The translations under genes and the position numbers were made by a program. The notes beneath the pieces are model-generated. The model was not told the DNA's origin, made no database searches, and worked only from the letters and a program-made list of their open reading frames with translations. DNA of 64,000 nucleotides, from positions 220,162,001-220,226,000 of the forward strand of contig NC_091287.1 in NCBI RefSeq assembly GCF_032444005.1, given 5' to 3'. The DNA is from Ranitomeya imitator (taxonomy: Eukaryota). Below are positions 1-11,921 of this stretch, one piece after another (the stretch's first letter is position 1; each line of letters opens with the position of its first letter).

Positions 1-841
1 AATGGTCCCAAGTGTAAATGAAGCTTTATTTTCTTATTTGTTGATACCTAATTTTCATATATATCATATATTGATTTATTGATCTATAAGCTGCTTATTT
101 GTATCCCTTAGTGGTAACGATTGTGGTAGCTCACCGTTAGAGATTAGTTTTCATGAATGGATGTGAAGCCATGCAAGTAGATGATTTTCAGAAGGAAATC
201 TAGTGCATGAGCTAAAAGAGCTAAAAACAAATACGGTAGTTAAAAACCACATGGTCTGTAGTCCTAGAACGGCCTATGGGTATATGTTCCTGTCTGGGGA
301 CATCCTGTGAAAACTGTTAATAAAATTAGAAAAATATCAGGTAGTAATCATTGTAGGATTTAAGTAAAGATACAAATTACTTTATCATAAGATTCATTAT
401 GTACATAGCCTATTTCAGTTTTAGAAATGGATGTAACATACTGATAAAGTATGACAGTGAAAAAAGGTTCTTCTTAAAGAGGTTGTCCAAACCAGAAATC
501 CAAATTTTGTTTTGGAAAGTTAGTCTGTCCTGTATTGTAAGAACACCCCTATAAATTTTGCTTTTTGTTTCTATCTTGCGTTCCTCCTGAATTTCTGCAT
601 CCACTTTATTTACATGCAGCTCTACCAAACTTGACAGCTCACTGTGCTTTATTATCAAACCTGACAGCCAGAGCTGATACCGCCGCCCATCCTCAGTATC
701 CAGCCACGCCCACTGCGCACTCATTGGCTGTCAGTAATCTGCCCCTGTGCTGACCTGTATGATCACAGTATTAGAAATGGGAGAGGAGTGTCCTGTGTCC
801 TCAGCTGTGGAAAGCAGCACAGTCACTGCACTCCACAGCGC

Positions 842-1862
842 ATCCACAGTGGTGATAGAGGGGCGCCAGTCCCCATAATCATATCCACAGTGGCATCACC
901 TGTCCCCATATCACATCTATAATGGTGATAGAGCGTCACCTGTCCCCATATCACATCCATAGTGGTAATAGAGCGTCACCTGTCCCCATAATCATATCCA
1001 CAGTAGTGATAGAACGTCACCTGTCCCCGTATCACATCCATAGTGGTGATAGAGCGTCACCTGTCCCCATAATCATATCCACAGTAGTGATAGAGCGTCA
1101 CCTGTCCCCGTATCACATCCATAGTGGTGATAGAGCGTCACCTGTCCCCATAATCATATCCACAGTAGTGATAGAGCGTCACCTGTCCCCGTATCACATC
1201 CATAGTGGTGATAGAGCGTCACCTGTCCCCATAATCATATCCACAGTAGTGATAGAGCGTCACCTGTCCCCGTATCACATCCATAGTGGTGATAGAGCGT
1301 CACTTGTCCCCATAATCATATCCACAGTAGTGATAGAGCGTCACCTGTACCCGTATCACATCCATAGTGGTGATAGAGCGTCACCTGTCCCCATATCACA
1401 TCTATGATGGTGATAGAGCATCACCTGTTCCCATATCACATCTATAATGGTGGAAGAGCGTCACCTGTCCCCATATCACATCCATAGTGGTAATAGAGTG
1501 TCACCTGTCCCCATAATCATATCCACAGTAGTGATAGAGCGTCACCTGTCCCCGTATCACATCCATAGTGGTGATAGAGCGTCACCTGTCCCCATATCAC
1601 ATCTATGATGGTGATAGAGCATCACCTGTTCCCATATCACATCTATAATGGTGGAAGAGCGTCACCTGTCCCCATATCACATCCATAGTGGTAATAGAGT
1701 GTCACCTGTCCCCATAATCATATCCACAGTAGTGATAGAGCGTCACCTGTCCCCGTATCACATCCATAGTGGTGATAGAGCGTCACCTGTCCCCATAATC
1801 ATATCCACAGTAGTGATAGAGCGTCACCTGTACCCGTATCACATCCATAGTGGTGATAGAGC
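842..1862. repeat. Minisatellite of alternating 40- and 41-bp monomers (81-bp higher-order unit)
   Basis: Monomers gtagtgatagagcgtcacctgtccccgtatcacatccata (40) and gtggtgatagagcgtcacctgtccccataatcatatccaca (41). The 27-aa periodicity of ORF 922..1407 reflects the 81-bp unit. Confidence 0.95.
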
Positions 1863-2209
1863 CTTACATGTCTCCACATCACCTCTGACACAGGAGAATT
1901 GTGAAGTGAAAATCTATAATGATGTGTGTGCAAGAGTGTAACTGTGTGTGTATATCTACATATATACCGTAACTCATAATAACCTCAAAATACACCTCAC
2001 TGCTACATAACCTTATTATAGACCTCTCAGATGCTGCAGAACCTCATTATACACTCCTCAACTTCTGCAAAACCTCAAAATACATTTTAGGCCTTTTTCA
2101 TATGTATGCGTGAATATGTGACACGGTCTGTTTTTACTATCTGTGTGTACTGTATTTGCGACACGTACCGGAATAAAATGCATTCAAAAAATGACTGACT
2201 ATTATGTGC

Positions 2210-3035
2210 TAAAACGGAACCTGTCACCAGAAAAAAAAGCACTATGTTGATAATCTGCAGGTTGATAGCATTGTTACCCTGCCCGGAGCCTGCACTTAGG
2301 CTGGTTTCACAGTAGCGTACGGGAGTACTGCGGATGGCAGCGTACTTCCTCCCTTCTTCCTCCCTGAAACCACGCCACCTAAGCCTCCTGCGGTGCCCTG
2401 CGTACCTATCTTTATCATTGGGTGCGCAGGGACGTACGCTGTTTGCAGATGCCTCCTCATGCGCTATTTGGACGCTGCGCCGATCGCAACAAAATGCTAC
2501 ATGTTGCATTCAGCGCAGTTCGGCGCAGCGTCCAAACTGCGCATGTGGAGGCATCCGCAAACCGTGTACATCCCTGCGCACCCAATGATAAAGATAGGTA
2601 CGCAGGGCACCGCAGGACGCAAGGAGGCGTAAGTGTGGTTTCAGGGAGGAAGAAGGGAGGAAGTATGCTGCCATCCGCAGTACTCCTGTATGCTAGTGTG
2701 AAACCAGCCTTAGCCGAACTCTGCAGCGAGAAAATTACCTTTATTCTCCCCGGTAGCATTCCGGGTTCAGTCTCTGGGGCATTGTTGGTTGAGTATAGAG
2801 AACCTGACACTGGCTCTGCAATAGGGCTAACTGTCAGTCAGAGCCGGGATCGGGAGCGCGGTTACAGTCGCAGTTCTATATACTCAGAGCTGTGACTGAA
2901 CCGAAGCCGCCCCTGTGACCGAAACCGGAACGCTACCGGGAAGAATAAAGTTCATTTTCTCCCTGCACTGTTCGGCTAAGTGCGGGTGTCAGGAAGGGTA
3001 ATAATGCTATTAACCTGTAGATTAACATATTTGCA
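2210..3035. mobile_element. Kolobok/T2-type MITE, interrupted by a Harbinger MITE and lacking its right end
   Basis: Left end aaacggaacctgtcaccag resembles the (ttaa)agggaacctgtca termini seen elsewhere in the window. Subterminal inverted pair ataatctgcaggttgatagcatt (~2250) / aatgctattaacctgtagattaac (~3003). Confidence 0.5.
2299..2709. mobile_element. PIF/Harbinger-type fold-back MITE
   Basis: TTA on both sides (2296-2298, 2710-2712). Termini ggctggtttcaca...tgtgaaaccagcc with ~190-bp inverted arms. Confidence 0.9.
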
Positions 3036-4110
3036 GTTTAACCCCTTTACCCCCAAGGGTGGTTTGCACTTTAATGACCAGGCCAATTTTTACAATTCTG
3101 ACCACTGTCCCTTTATGAGGTAATAACTCTGGAACGCTTCCATGGATCTCGGTGATTCTGACATTGTTTTCTCGTGACATATTGTACTTCATGATAGTGT
3201 TAAAATTTCTTTGATATGACTTGCATTTATTTGTGAAAAAAAAACAAAACAGATATTTGGCAAAAATTTGGCAATTTTCCAACTTTGAATTTTCATGCCC
3301 TTAAATCACAGAGTTATGTCAAACAAAATACTTAATAAGTAACATTTATCGGTCGTCCATGACAGCACTACGGAGAGAGGGGATCCGCCCTTCAGGAACA
3401 GGAAACCTACAGATACATAAGGGCGGCACCTCTCCCACGCATCAGTTGGTTTCCTGTTCCTGGTGGACAGGATTCCCTTCAGATACGACTTCATTTCACC
3501 CATCAATACCCAGGCCGGCTGTCCGACCCAGGTAGCGAGGGGGTCTCCTACCTCGGGCAGTGCGGGCCCCTGGAAGCGCCACGGTGCGTCTGGGTAGGAC
3601 TCCACGATAGTGAGCGGTGCAGGGGAGAGCGGCGTCTGGAGGAGGTCCGTCCCCAGAGGCCAGCGAGGTGAGTATGCCCCCCCGGGGTCCGTTCACCCTC
3701 CTGGGCCTCGGTCTTCCCCGCCTCTGGTCCTCATCGGTGCGGTGCAGGCTTCTGCGCTCCTTTCGGTTCGGGGGACCGGGGGTCGGGCACCAGCTTCTGC
3801 CGCGATCGCCGTCGTGCTGCGGCCGCAGGCGGCGGTGGTATGGCGGCGGGCTGCTGGGGGTCCGGTGGCGCCGTCCCCGGCTTCTAGGCGCGTCCCTGAG
3901 CGCACTGCCGGCTTTTTGCTGAGAACGCCGCTGTCCTGCATGCGGCGGAGGTGGGGGGGGGGGCGATTGCAGGCGGAGGAGGGTGGAGCAGGGATCTGCA
4001 CGTGGGGGGGTGGATTTGGCCACGCACCTGCACATGTTCCGGATCCGGGGGAAGGGCTATATATAGCCAAACAGAACGCTGCAGGGCTGCTTGTGAGCCC
4101 ATCTGCAACT

Positions 4111-5660
4111 ATGGATGAGCCGGAAGCTACCGTCGGTCTGCTGGAGCAGGAGCAGGACAGAGCCTCGGAGAGGTCCCATGCGAACCCCCAGCCGAAGACC
4201 CACGGATGCAGTGATCAGCCCAGTCGCAGATCTAAACAGAAGGATCTGGACCGACCCCCCAGTAATCCGGTACCTACCGCTACTGCCTGGGTAAGAGGTC
4301 TTCGTGAACGTACCCTGATGCAGTCTTTTCCTATGTTTATTTCCTTAGGGGAAAAAATGCGCTGGTAAGGTAAGAAGCAAGGAGTGCGCACTATGCGCTT
4401 GCCCTTTGCCGGACGCCTACCCTAAAAGACTTTGTCAGTCGTGTATGCGTCAGACGGTAGGGAATAGATTGATAGGAACACTGTATAGCAGTAGCACCGG
4501 ATAAATTACATAGCCTTTTTCTCCGCTCCCATAGGTGGCGGAAGAGTCTCCTGATTTTACGTCAAACCTTAGGGAGATTATCAAGAAGGAGGTGAAAGAT
4601 TCCCTGAAATCCCTGTCCCGGGGGAAGCCTTCTAAAAGAAGAAGGGAGCCTAGCGCCTCAGATTCGGATTCGTCCGCTGGCCCTAGAAGGGAGAATGATT
4701 CAGAAACCTCTGTCTCCTCATTCTAATCATTTCTGTTTCCCGCTGGACCAGATGGACAAGCTGATCAAATCAGTTAGATCCACCATGGGGGTGGCTGACG
4801 AAAGGCCAGAACTTTCAGCGCAGGACCTAATGTTTGGCGGTTTAGACCCAAAAAATTGTAGGTCATTTCCGCTTAATGACAAGGTTCAGAACCTTATCAA
4901 AAGGGAATGGAAAAAGCCAGAGAAAAAAGGCAGCTTTCCACCGGCCTTTAAACGTAGATATCCCTTTGAGGACCCCCTGGTGAACACATGGGATAAGGCA
5001 CCAAAATTGGACGCAGTGGTGGCTAAGGCATCTAAAAAATCTATTCCCTTTGACTACATGGCTTCCTTAAAGGATCCTCTCGATAAGAAGGCTGACTCAT
5101 TTCTTAAAGGGACATGGGAGATGTCGGCGGGTGCGCTAAGACCTGCAGTGGCTGCGACATGTGCAGCCAGATCAATGATGATCTGGCTGGATCAACTAGG
5201 GTCCAAATTGGAAGAGGGAGTCTCCAGAGAATCTATGTTAAAATTCCTGCCAACAATTCAGAATGCCGCTGCCTTTCTCGCGGACGCATCTGCAGATTCT
5301 GCAAGAATGGCGGCTAGAGCGGCAGGATTGTCAAACGCAGCACGCAGGGCCCTATGGCTGAAATGTTGGCCGGGTGACCTTCAATCCAGATCTCGTCTGT
5401 GCTCTATCCCATGCAAAGGGGAATACCTGTTCGGTCCAGTCCTAGACGAACTGCTGGAGAAAGCCGGAGACGAGAAGAAGAAATTTCCCAGGCTACCGAC
5501 TACTTCTTACAGGCGTCCCTTCGCAGGGAAAAGGTTCTTTTGAGGGAGACCAGCTAGAGACCAGAGCAGATGGGACGATAAAAAAGAAAGGTACTGGAAT
5601 TATGTTTGGAGGAGGAGGACGTCAGAAGCCATCCCGTGAGGTCAAAAAACCACCCCAATG
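4111..5660 (+). pseudogene. DIRS gag (ORF1), apparently spliced: exons 4111-4290, 4349-4456, 4535 onward; frameshifts near 4720 and 5540
   Basis: TATA-like ctatatatag at ~4058 and Kozak-like ATG at 4111. Phase-0 GT-AG junctions give a continuous frame through ECALCACPLPDAYPKRLCQSC. ORF 4695..5543 has the vertebrate DIRS gag motif RRALWLKCWPGDLQSRSRLCSIPCKGEYLFG. Confidence 0.8.
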
Positions 5661-7554
5661 ATTAGTCGCCCCGGTAGGAGGTAGACTATCTGCCTTCTAC
5701 CTGGCCTGGTCCAAAATCTCCAGTAGCGATTGGATTTTGGGAATAATAGCTACGGGTCTGCGGCTAGAGTTCTCCTCTATCCCTCAGAATTTTTTCAAAA
5801 TTACGCCACTCAGGTCCTCTCCAGTAGAACAGGCGGCCCTGGAAACGGAAGTTCACGACCTGCTCAATAAGAATGTCCTATCAGAGGTTCCGGAAGGAGA
5901 ACAGGGTAGAGGATTCTACTCTCCTCCATTCCTGATACGTAAACCTGACGGCTCCTTCAGAACAATTATTAACCTTAGGGCTCTTAACAATTTCCTGACC
6001 GTACAATCATTTAAAATGGAGACTATTAACACCGCAATAAAGCTACTGTTTAAAAACTGCTTTATGGTAGTATTGGATTTTAAGGACGTCTATTACCATA
6101 TCCCCATTTATGCAGGACACCAGTGATTCCTGAGGGTGGCGGTACGGTTGGATGGGGTTGTCAGACACTTCCAGTATAGGGCCCTCCCCTTTGGTATATC
6201 GGTCGCCCCTCGGGTGTTTACCAAGGTAATGGCTGAAGTTATTGCACACCTACATGAGTCTGACATTCTAATAATCCCCTACCTGGACGATCTCCTTATC
6301 GTAGGTAAAACGGTGGATCACTGTCTGGAACAGTTACATAAAGTAATGTCGGCCCTGGAGCATCTGGGGTGGATGCTAAATGTTAAAAAATCATGGTTAC
6401 AGCCCATGACGGTGCAGCGATTTTTAGGCCTGACCCTGGATTCCCAGGTTCAGGAATGCTGTTTGCCTCACGAGAAGATTGATCGCCTGCACCTTCAGGT
6501 GCTAAACGCCTCTAAAAACCCCACCATGTCCCTTAGAAGAGCCATGTCCCTGTTAGGCTCTCTCTCATCCTGTATTCCAGCGGTCCGATGGGCCCAGTAT
6601 CATATGAGGATACTTCAGGGCGAGGTGCTATTACAACAAAAAAGGTTGGGGGGGATGTCTGGAGAGCCTGCTAACCCTATCCCAAGACGCTATTGTATCC
6701 CTCGAATGGTGGCTAGACCAAGAGAACCTGTCCACGGGGGTCCCCTGGGAATATAACGTAACTCGTATAGTCACCTCAGATGCTAGCCCTTCTGGGTGGG
6801 GGGTTCACATGGGGGATATTTTGGTACAGGGGCTTTGGGATCAGTGTCAGATGGAAATGTCCTCCAACCTGAAGGAGTTAACAGCAGTGGAACAGGCAGT
6901 TAACACTCCTTGTCTATCTACAGGGCCACCACATGCGGGTATTCTCGGATAATCGGGTCACCGTGGCATATATAAACCACCAAGGCGGGACCCGTTTCAA
7001 ATCCCTAATGTGCGTAGCAGATCGTCTGTTCCAGCTAGCAGAGCAACATCTTCTCTCATTGACGGCTCTTCACATAAGAGGAGCAGAAAACACTATGGCG
7101 GATTTCTTAAGCCGCAACACGTTGAGGCAGGAAGAGTGGTCCCTGAACGGCTCCATCTTCGACCTCATCGTGGAAAGGTGGGGTCAACCGGAGGTAGACC
7201 TGTTTGCCACAAAAGAAAACAGAAAAGTGACACAATTCTGCTCTGAACCCCAGAGAAAATCCTCGGTCAGTAGACGCCCTCCTCATAGACTAGAACTTCA
7301 GGCTAGCTTACGCCTTTTCTCCCCTGTCTCTACTTCCTCTGGTGGTGAGGAAAATCAGGAAGGACAAGGCCACAGTGATAGTAATTGCCCCCTTCTGGCC
7401 CAGAAGGACGTGGTTTCCATGCCTAAGGGCTATGTCAATATCCAACCCATGGGTCTTGCCAGACATCCCGGATCTCCTATTCCAGGGCCCAGTCTACCAT
7501 CCTCGGGCGGTTGGCCTTCATCTGACAGCGTGGATTTTGAGCGGGTGCTGTTAA
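5660..7554 (+). pseudogene. DIRS pol: reverse transcriptase, RNase H and adenine-methyltransferase-like domain
   Basis: RT motifs LDFKDVYYHIP, FQYRALPFG and YLDDLL. RNase H DASPSGWG, LKELTA and SDNRVT. MT-like DLFAT and IAPFWP. Premature stop at 6124-6126 and frameshifts. Confidence 0.95.
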
Positions 7555-8494
7555 AGGATAGGGGGTTCTCTCCGGGCCTCATTAACACTCTGCTGAAGAG
7601 CAGTAAAAAAATCACCACAAAAATTTATGTCAGGATCTGGAAGAGATTTCTTCAGAACTCGGGGGTAATAGCTGGTCAGTCAATACCGATAGACCAGATT
7701 TTGGAATTCTTACATAAGGGGTTAGATATGGGGTTATCCCCAAATACTCTTAAAGTGCATCAGCCTCAGGGGCCCTCTTTGGCTGCAACATTGCTGAGAA
7801 TTACTGGGTTAGCAGATTCATCAAGGCGACAAAACGGTCTAGGTCAATGGTGAAGAATAGGGTCATGCCATGGGACCTGAACCTAGTCCTCTCAGCCATG
7901 ACAGAGGCCCCATTTGAGCCAATTTCTTCAGCCTCTATTAAAAATCTATCTCTTAAAGTAGCCTTCCTGGTGGCCCTAACATCGGCACGTAGGATAGGCG
8001 ACATCCAAGCATTATCCAGGGTTCCCCCTTACATGCAGCTTAGGGATGATAGATTAATACTGTCCCCTGATCCAGCATATCTTCCTAAGGTTGTGCCAAG
8101 ATACCACAGAACACAGGAAATAGTTTTTCCATCTTTCCTCCCCAATCCTACTAACGATAAGGAAAGGAAGCTACACACTTTAGAGGTAAAAAGATGTATC
8201 CTGGAATATCTAGCAGTAACCGATCCCTGGAAGATATATAACGCCATATTCGTGTCCTATCAGGGTAGTAGGAAAGGTCATAGAGCATCGAAATCTACTT
8301 TAGCTAGATGGGTCAGGGAGGCTATCTCGCTGGTATACATCTCAAAGGGCAAGCCGGCGCCTGAAGGTCTAAAAGCGCATTCCACTAGAGCTATGGCGGC
8401 TTCGTGGGTGGAAAGATTGGAGGTGTTGATCGACCAAATTTGTAAGGCTGCTACTTGGTCTTCTCCAACACATTCTATAACCACTATAGATTGA
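7554..8494 (+). pseudogene. DIRS tyrosine recombinase
   Basis: Motifs PWDLNLVL, ALTSARRIGD, HSTRAMAASW and ATWSS in ORF 7847..8494. The N-terminal part is frameshifted and the final catalytic Tyr region is disrupted. Confidence 0.93.
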
Positions 8495-8577
8495 ACCTGG
8501 GTGCCTCTTCTGACCTCTCTTTTGGTGTAAGGGTGCTGCAAGCTGTAGTCCCTCCCTAGTTAGTTACTCTCTGTAAT

Positions 8578-8656
8578 TCTCTCCGTAGTCCTGTCATGGA
8601 CGACCGATAAAGTCTTAGTTACTCACCGGTTAACGGTGTTTCTCGGAGTCCATGAC
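8578..8656 (+). other. DIRS internal complementary region (ICR)
   Basis: ctccgtagtcctgtcatggacgaccgataaa is complementary to the left end of the element. The adjoining aaagtcttagttactcaccggttaacggtgtttctcggagtccatgac is complementary to the right end. Confidence 0.95.
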
Positions 8657-9637
8657 CGCACCTGTACATACCCTCCCGTCTTCTTACGTTCTGGGTGTAC
8701 ACCTCTTCCTTTATTTATATAATTCACGGGTAGTGAATAGTTAGTTATTGTATCATTGTTTATTATGTATGCTATTAACCTTGGTGGTCCTCTTGTGCTC
8801 TGTAAATCAACTGATGCGTGGGAGAGGTGCCGCCCCTATGTATCTGTAAGTTTCCTGTTCCTGAAGGGCGGATCCCCTCTCTCCGTAGTGCTGTCATGGA
8901 CTCTGAGAAACACCGTTAACCGGTGAGTAACTAAGACTTTCCCACATGTCTACTTTACATCAGCACAATTTTGGAGCCAATTTTTTTCTTTTGTTAAGAA
9001 GTTATAAGGGTTAAAAGTTTAAACAGCGATTTCTCATTTTTACAACACCATTTTTTTTAGGGACCACATCACATTGGAAGTCACTTTGAGGGGTCTATAT
9101 GATAGAAAAGACCCAAAAGTGACACCCTTCTAAAACTGCACCTCTCAAAGTGCTCAAAACCACATTCAAGAAGTTTATTAACCCTTCTGATGCTTCACAG
9201 GAATTTTTGGAATGTTTTAAAAAAAAAAAATGATCATTTTAACTTTTTTTCACAAAAAAATTACTTCAGATCCAAATATTTTTTTATTTTTTCATGGATA
9301 ACAGGAGAAATTGGACCTCAAAAGTTATTGTGCAATTTGTTCTGAGCACGCTGATACCCGATATGTGGTGCTAAACCACTGTATGGACACACGTCAGGGC
9401 TCTGAAAAGAAGTAGTGATGTTTTGGAATGCAGACTTTGATGGAGTGGTCTGCGGGCATCATGTCACATTTGGAGAGCCCCTGATGCGCCTAAACAGTGG
9501 AAACCCCACACAAGTGACCTCATTTTGGAAACTACACTGTGTGCTGAATTATTAGGCAAGTTGTATTTTGATCACATGATACTTTTTATACATGTTGTCC
9601 TACTCCAAGCTGTTCAGGCTTGAGAGCCAACTACCAA

Positions 9638-10000
9638 TTAAAGGGAACCTGTCACCGGAATTCGGCTGGACCGGTTTTCGGTCATATGGGCGTAGTTTTC
9701 GGGTGTTTGATTCACCCTTTCCTTACCCGCTGGCTGCATGCTGGCTGCAATATTGGATTGAAGTTCATTCTCTGTCCTCCGTAGTACACGCCTGCACAAG
9801 GCAATCTTGCCTTGCGCACACGCAGTATGCTTTGCCCAACTGCGGGCAAAGCCGAAAAGCATTAGTGCGCATGCGCCGGTGCACTATGTCCTGGAAGTAT
9901 TTCGCTGTGATCCGGGACATAGTGCGCTGGCACATACGCACTAATGCTTTTCGGCTTTGCCCGCAGTTTGGCAAAGCGTGTTGTCTGCATAGCCTTTTCT
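9638..10000. mobile_element. Kolobok/T2-type MITE fragment with internal hairpin
   Basis: Begins ttaaagggaacctgtcacc. Contains ~60-bp inverted arms at ~9826-9978 (gctttgccc...gggcaaagcc / ggctttgccc...ggcaaagc). Confidence 0.65.
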
Positions 10001-11594
10001 GGTAAGTATAGGGGAATCCCACGTCATTTTAATAGCCAGTAAAGGTTAATTATACAGCTGTGACCTGATATTAATAGCCTGGGAAGCTCCATGGGTATTA
10101 CCCTCTTCCCAGGCTATAAACATCTGCCCCCTGCTGTCGGCTTTCCCTCTGTTGGTTACAAAAATTACGCAGGAGCTCGCGCCATTTTCTTAAACATAAT
10201 CTTTTATTAATTAAATACATGTACAGTAAGCTGAACTCACACTGTACTAATTGTATATGTCACTGACAGCTATATTTCTACCTATTCTATGTGTATTTAC
10301 TGTATATAATCCATCTATTCTATCCTGTCAGCTCCTGCTGTGATTTTACACTACGCGGCTGAATTGCTGGCTTTTATTCTATCTAAAATGTATATGTTTT
10401 GAAGAATATTTCCTTTGAAAATGATGTTTAAATAACTTAGAGAATTTCTGTATGTAAAAGCTCATGTTAAAATCGTATTGGAGTCAGATGGCAATCACAC
10501 TGCATTCGGACGTAAATCAGATGTTAGGAGTGAAAAATCAGATTGTACTCGCGGGAAAAAAGCATGACACTTGCATTACACCCGTCCGACTCGCCAGCAT
10601 CAAAATCGGACCAATTTTAAAATCACTAGTGTGACTCCAGCCTAACAGTTGTCTTTCAATAATGGATAACGTTCAGACCACATTATTTAAATAAAGTTGA
10701 GTTAATTTTATTTGGCTATCCTTTTATATGAATAATATCCAGCTGAATCTTGTTCATTTGCATATCTATCTACTAATCAATTTTCATTGTTAGAAAAGAG
10801 TAAACTTGTACAGTACATGCCAACCAAGAACACTCCTTTGGCATACATTTACCCATGGAAAAAAGCTATGCATATAACCCAGCATACTTTAGAACAAACT
10901 AATATTTCTAATGTATGAGGACAACCTGGAGTGTACATAACATTAGTATCTATATATGCATACATTTTAACAATTTATTGGCAAAGTTTGAAGTCTTGTT
11001 CGCTGTTAAACTTTTTTTCAGCAAGTCTCCAACATGGTGTATAAATAGAAAAACAAGTCTTATTTTCCTTACTAATACAACTACCTCTCCTCTTCTATTG
11101 CTTCCTGGGTCTTTCAAGAGTGTGTGTATCCAGTTCTTTTAGAATGGACTTGTGACCACTGCAGTCATTCACCGCTACAGCAAGTGATTGGTTGCAGTGG
11201 CCATATGCTCATCCTGTCGTAAGAGCACACCAGCAGGGAACAATGGAAATATCTTTATAGTCATCAATGGTGTGTACTATAAGTTGAAGTTATCTACAGA
11301 TAGCCTTTATTCAAATATTGTTCTTGTGAAACATGAAACCTAGAAGTATGCAGTGTGTAACCACTCCAGTTTTTCTTTGCTGAATTTTTAAGAACTGTTC
11401 ACCACTGAGAATAAAGATGGGTGGAATTAAAGGAGATGGTGTTGTAGATTCAAACTGTAGGTTTTGACAAGGGCTAGAAGGGGATTAATTACCTGGTAGT
11501 TAATTATTACCAGATTTTATTATTTGAGTTTTCATTTGTATTATTTACTTTTTAACTTTTACCTCTGATATTGATGTAGTAGAACAAAGACATA

Positions 11595-11921
11595 GGCTAG
11601 GGTCACATTGCGTTAGTGCAACCCGTTTAGCGCTAGCGGGTTGCGCTAACGCAATGTTTTTAATGTGGCCACGTCCCGGGGTCGCGGTAACGTCCCCGCT
11701 CTCGCAGATCCCCGATCTGCGAGAGCGGGGAACGGACCGCGGGCACGCCTCGGACGCTGCAAGCAGCGTCCACGGCGTGCCAGGAAACACCGGCGCGTCG
11801 CTAGCGCTGCGCGTTCCCATTGCTGTGAATGGGCGCGCTAACGGACGCGTTGCACGGCGTTAATTTCACCGTGCAACGCTGTCCGTTAGCGCGTTCCCAT
11901 TAACGCAATGGGAACCAAGCC
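11595..11921. mobile_element. PIF/Harbinger-type MITE
   Basis: Termini ggctagggtcacattgcgtta...taacgcaatgggaaccaagcc. The 3-bp flanks are imperfect (ATA/TAA). Confidence 0.75.

Larger units (their letters stand above)
3345..8940 (+). mobile_element. Full-length DIRS1-like tyrosine-recombinase retrotransposon (decayed)
   Basis: Non-identical inverted terminal repeats (3355-3452 vs ~8804-8901), an internal complementary region at 8578-8656, TTT at both ends, and gag, RT, RNase H, MT-like and YR coding remnants in DIRS order. Confidence 0.97.
3038..9535. mobile_element. piggyBac-like non-autonomous element (ttaacccctt terminus) split by the DIRS insertion
   Basis: 3038-3344 joined to 8941-9535 is colinear with related copies starting at 29804 and 48679 (tgaccactgtc..ctttatgagg..ctctggaacgcttc; aacatttcccac..tactttacatcagcac). 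Confidence 0.75.

Noticed and set aside
922-1941. ORFs with a repeating 27-aa unit, and a possible CRISPR-like appearance
   Set aside because: They are translations of an 81-bp minisatellite. There are no unique spacers and no cas genes, and the context is eukaryotic.
3496-4110. Several long overlapping GC-rich ORFs on both strands
   Set aside because: This is the CpG-rich 5' region of the DIRS element, where stops are rare. There is no recognisable domain, and only the part from ATG 4111 fits gag.
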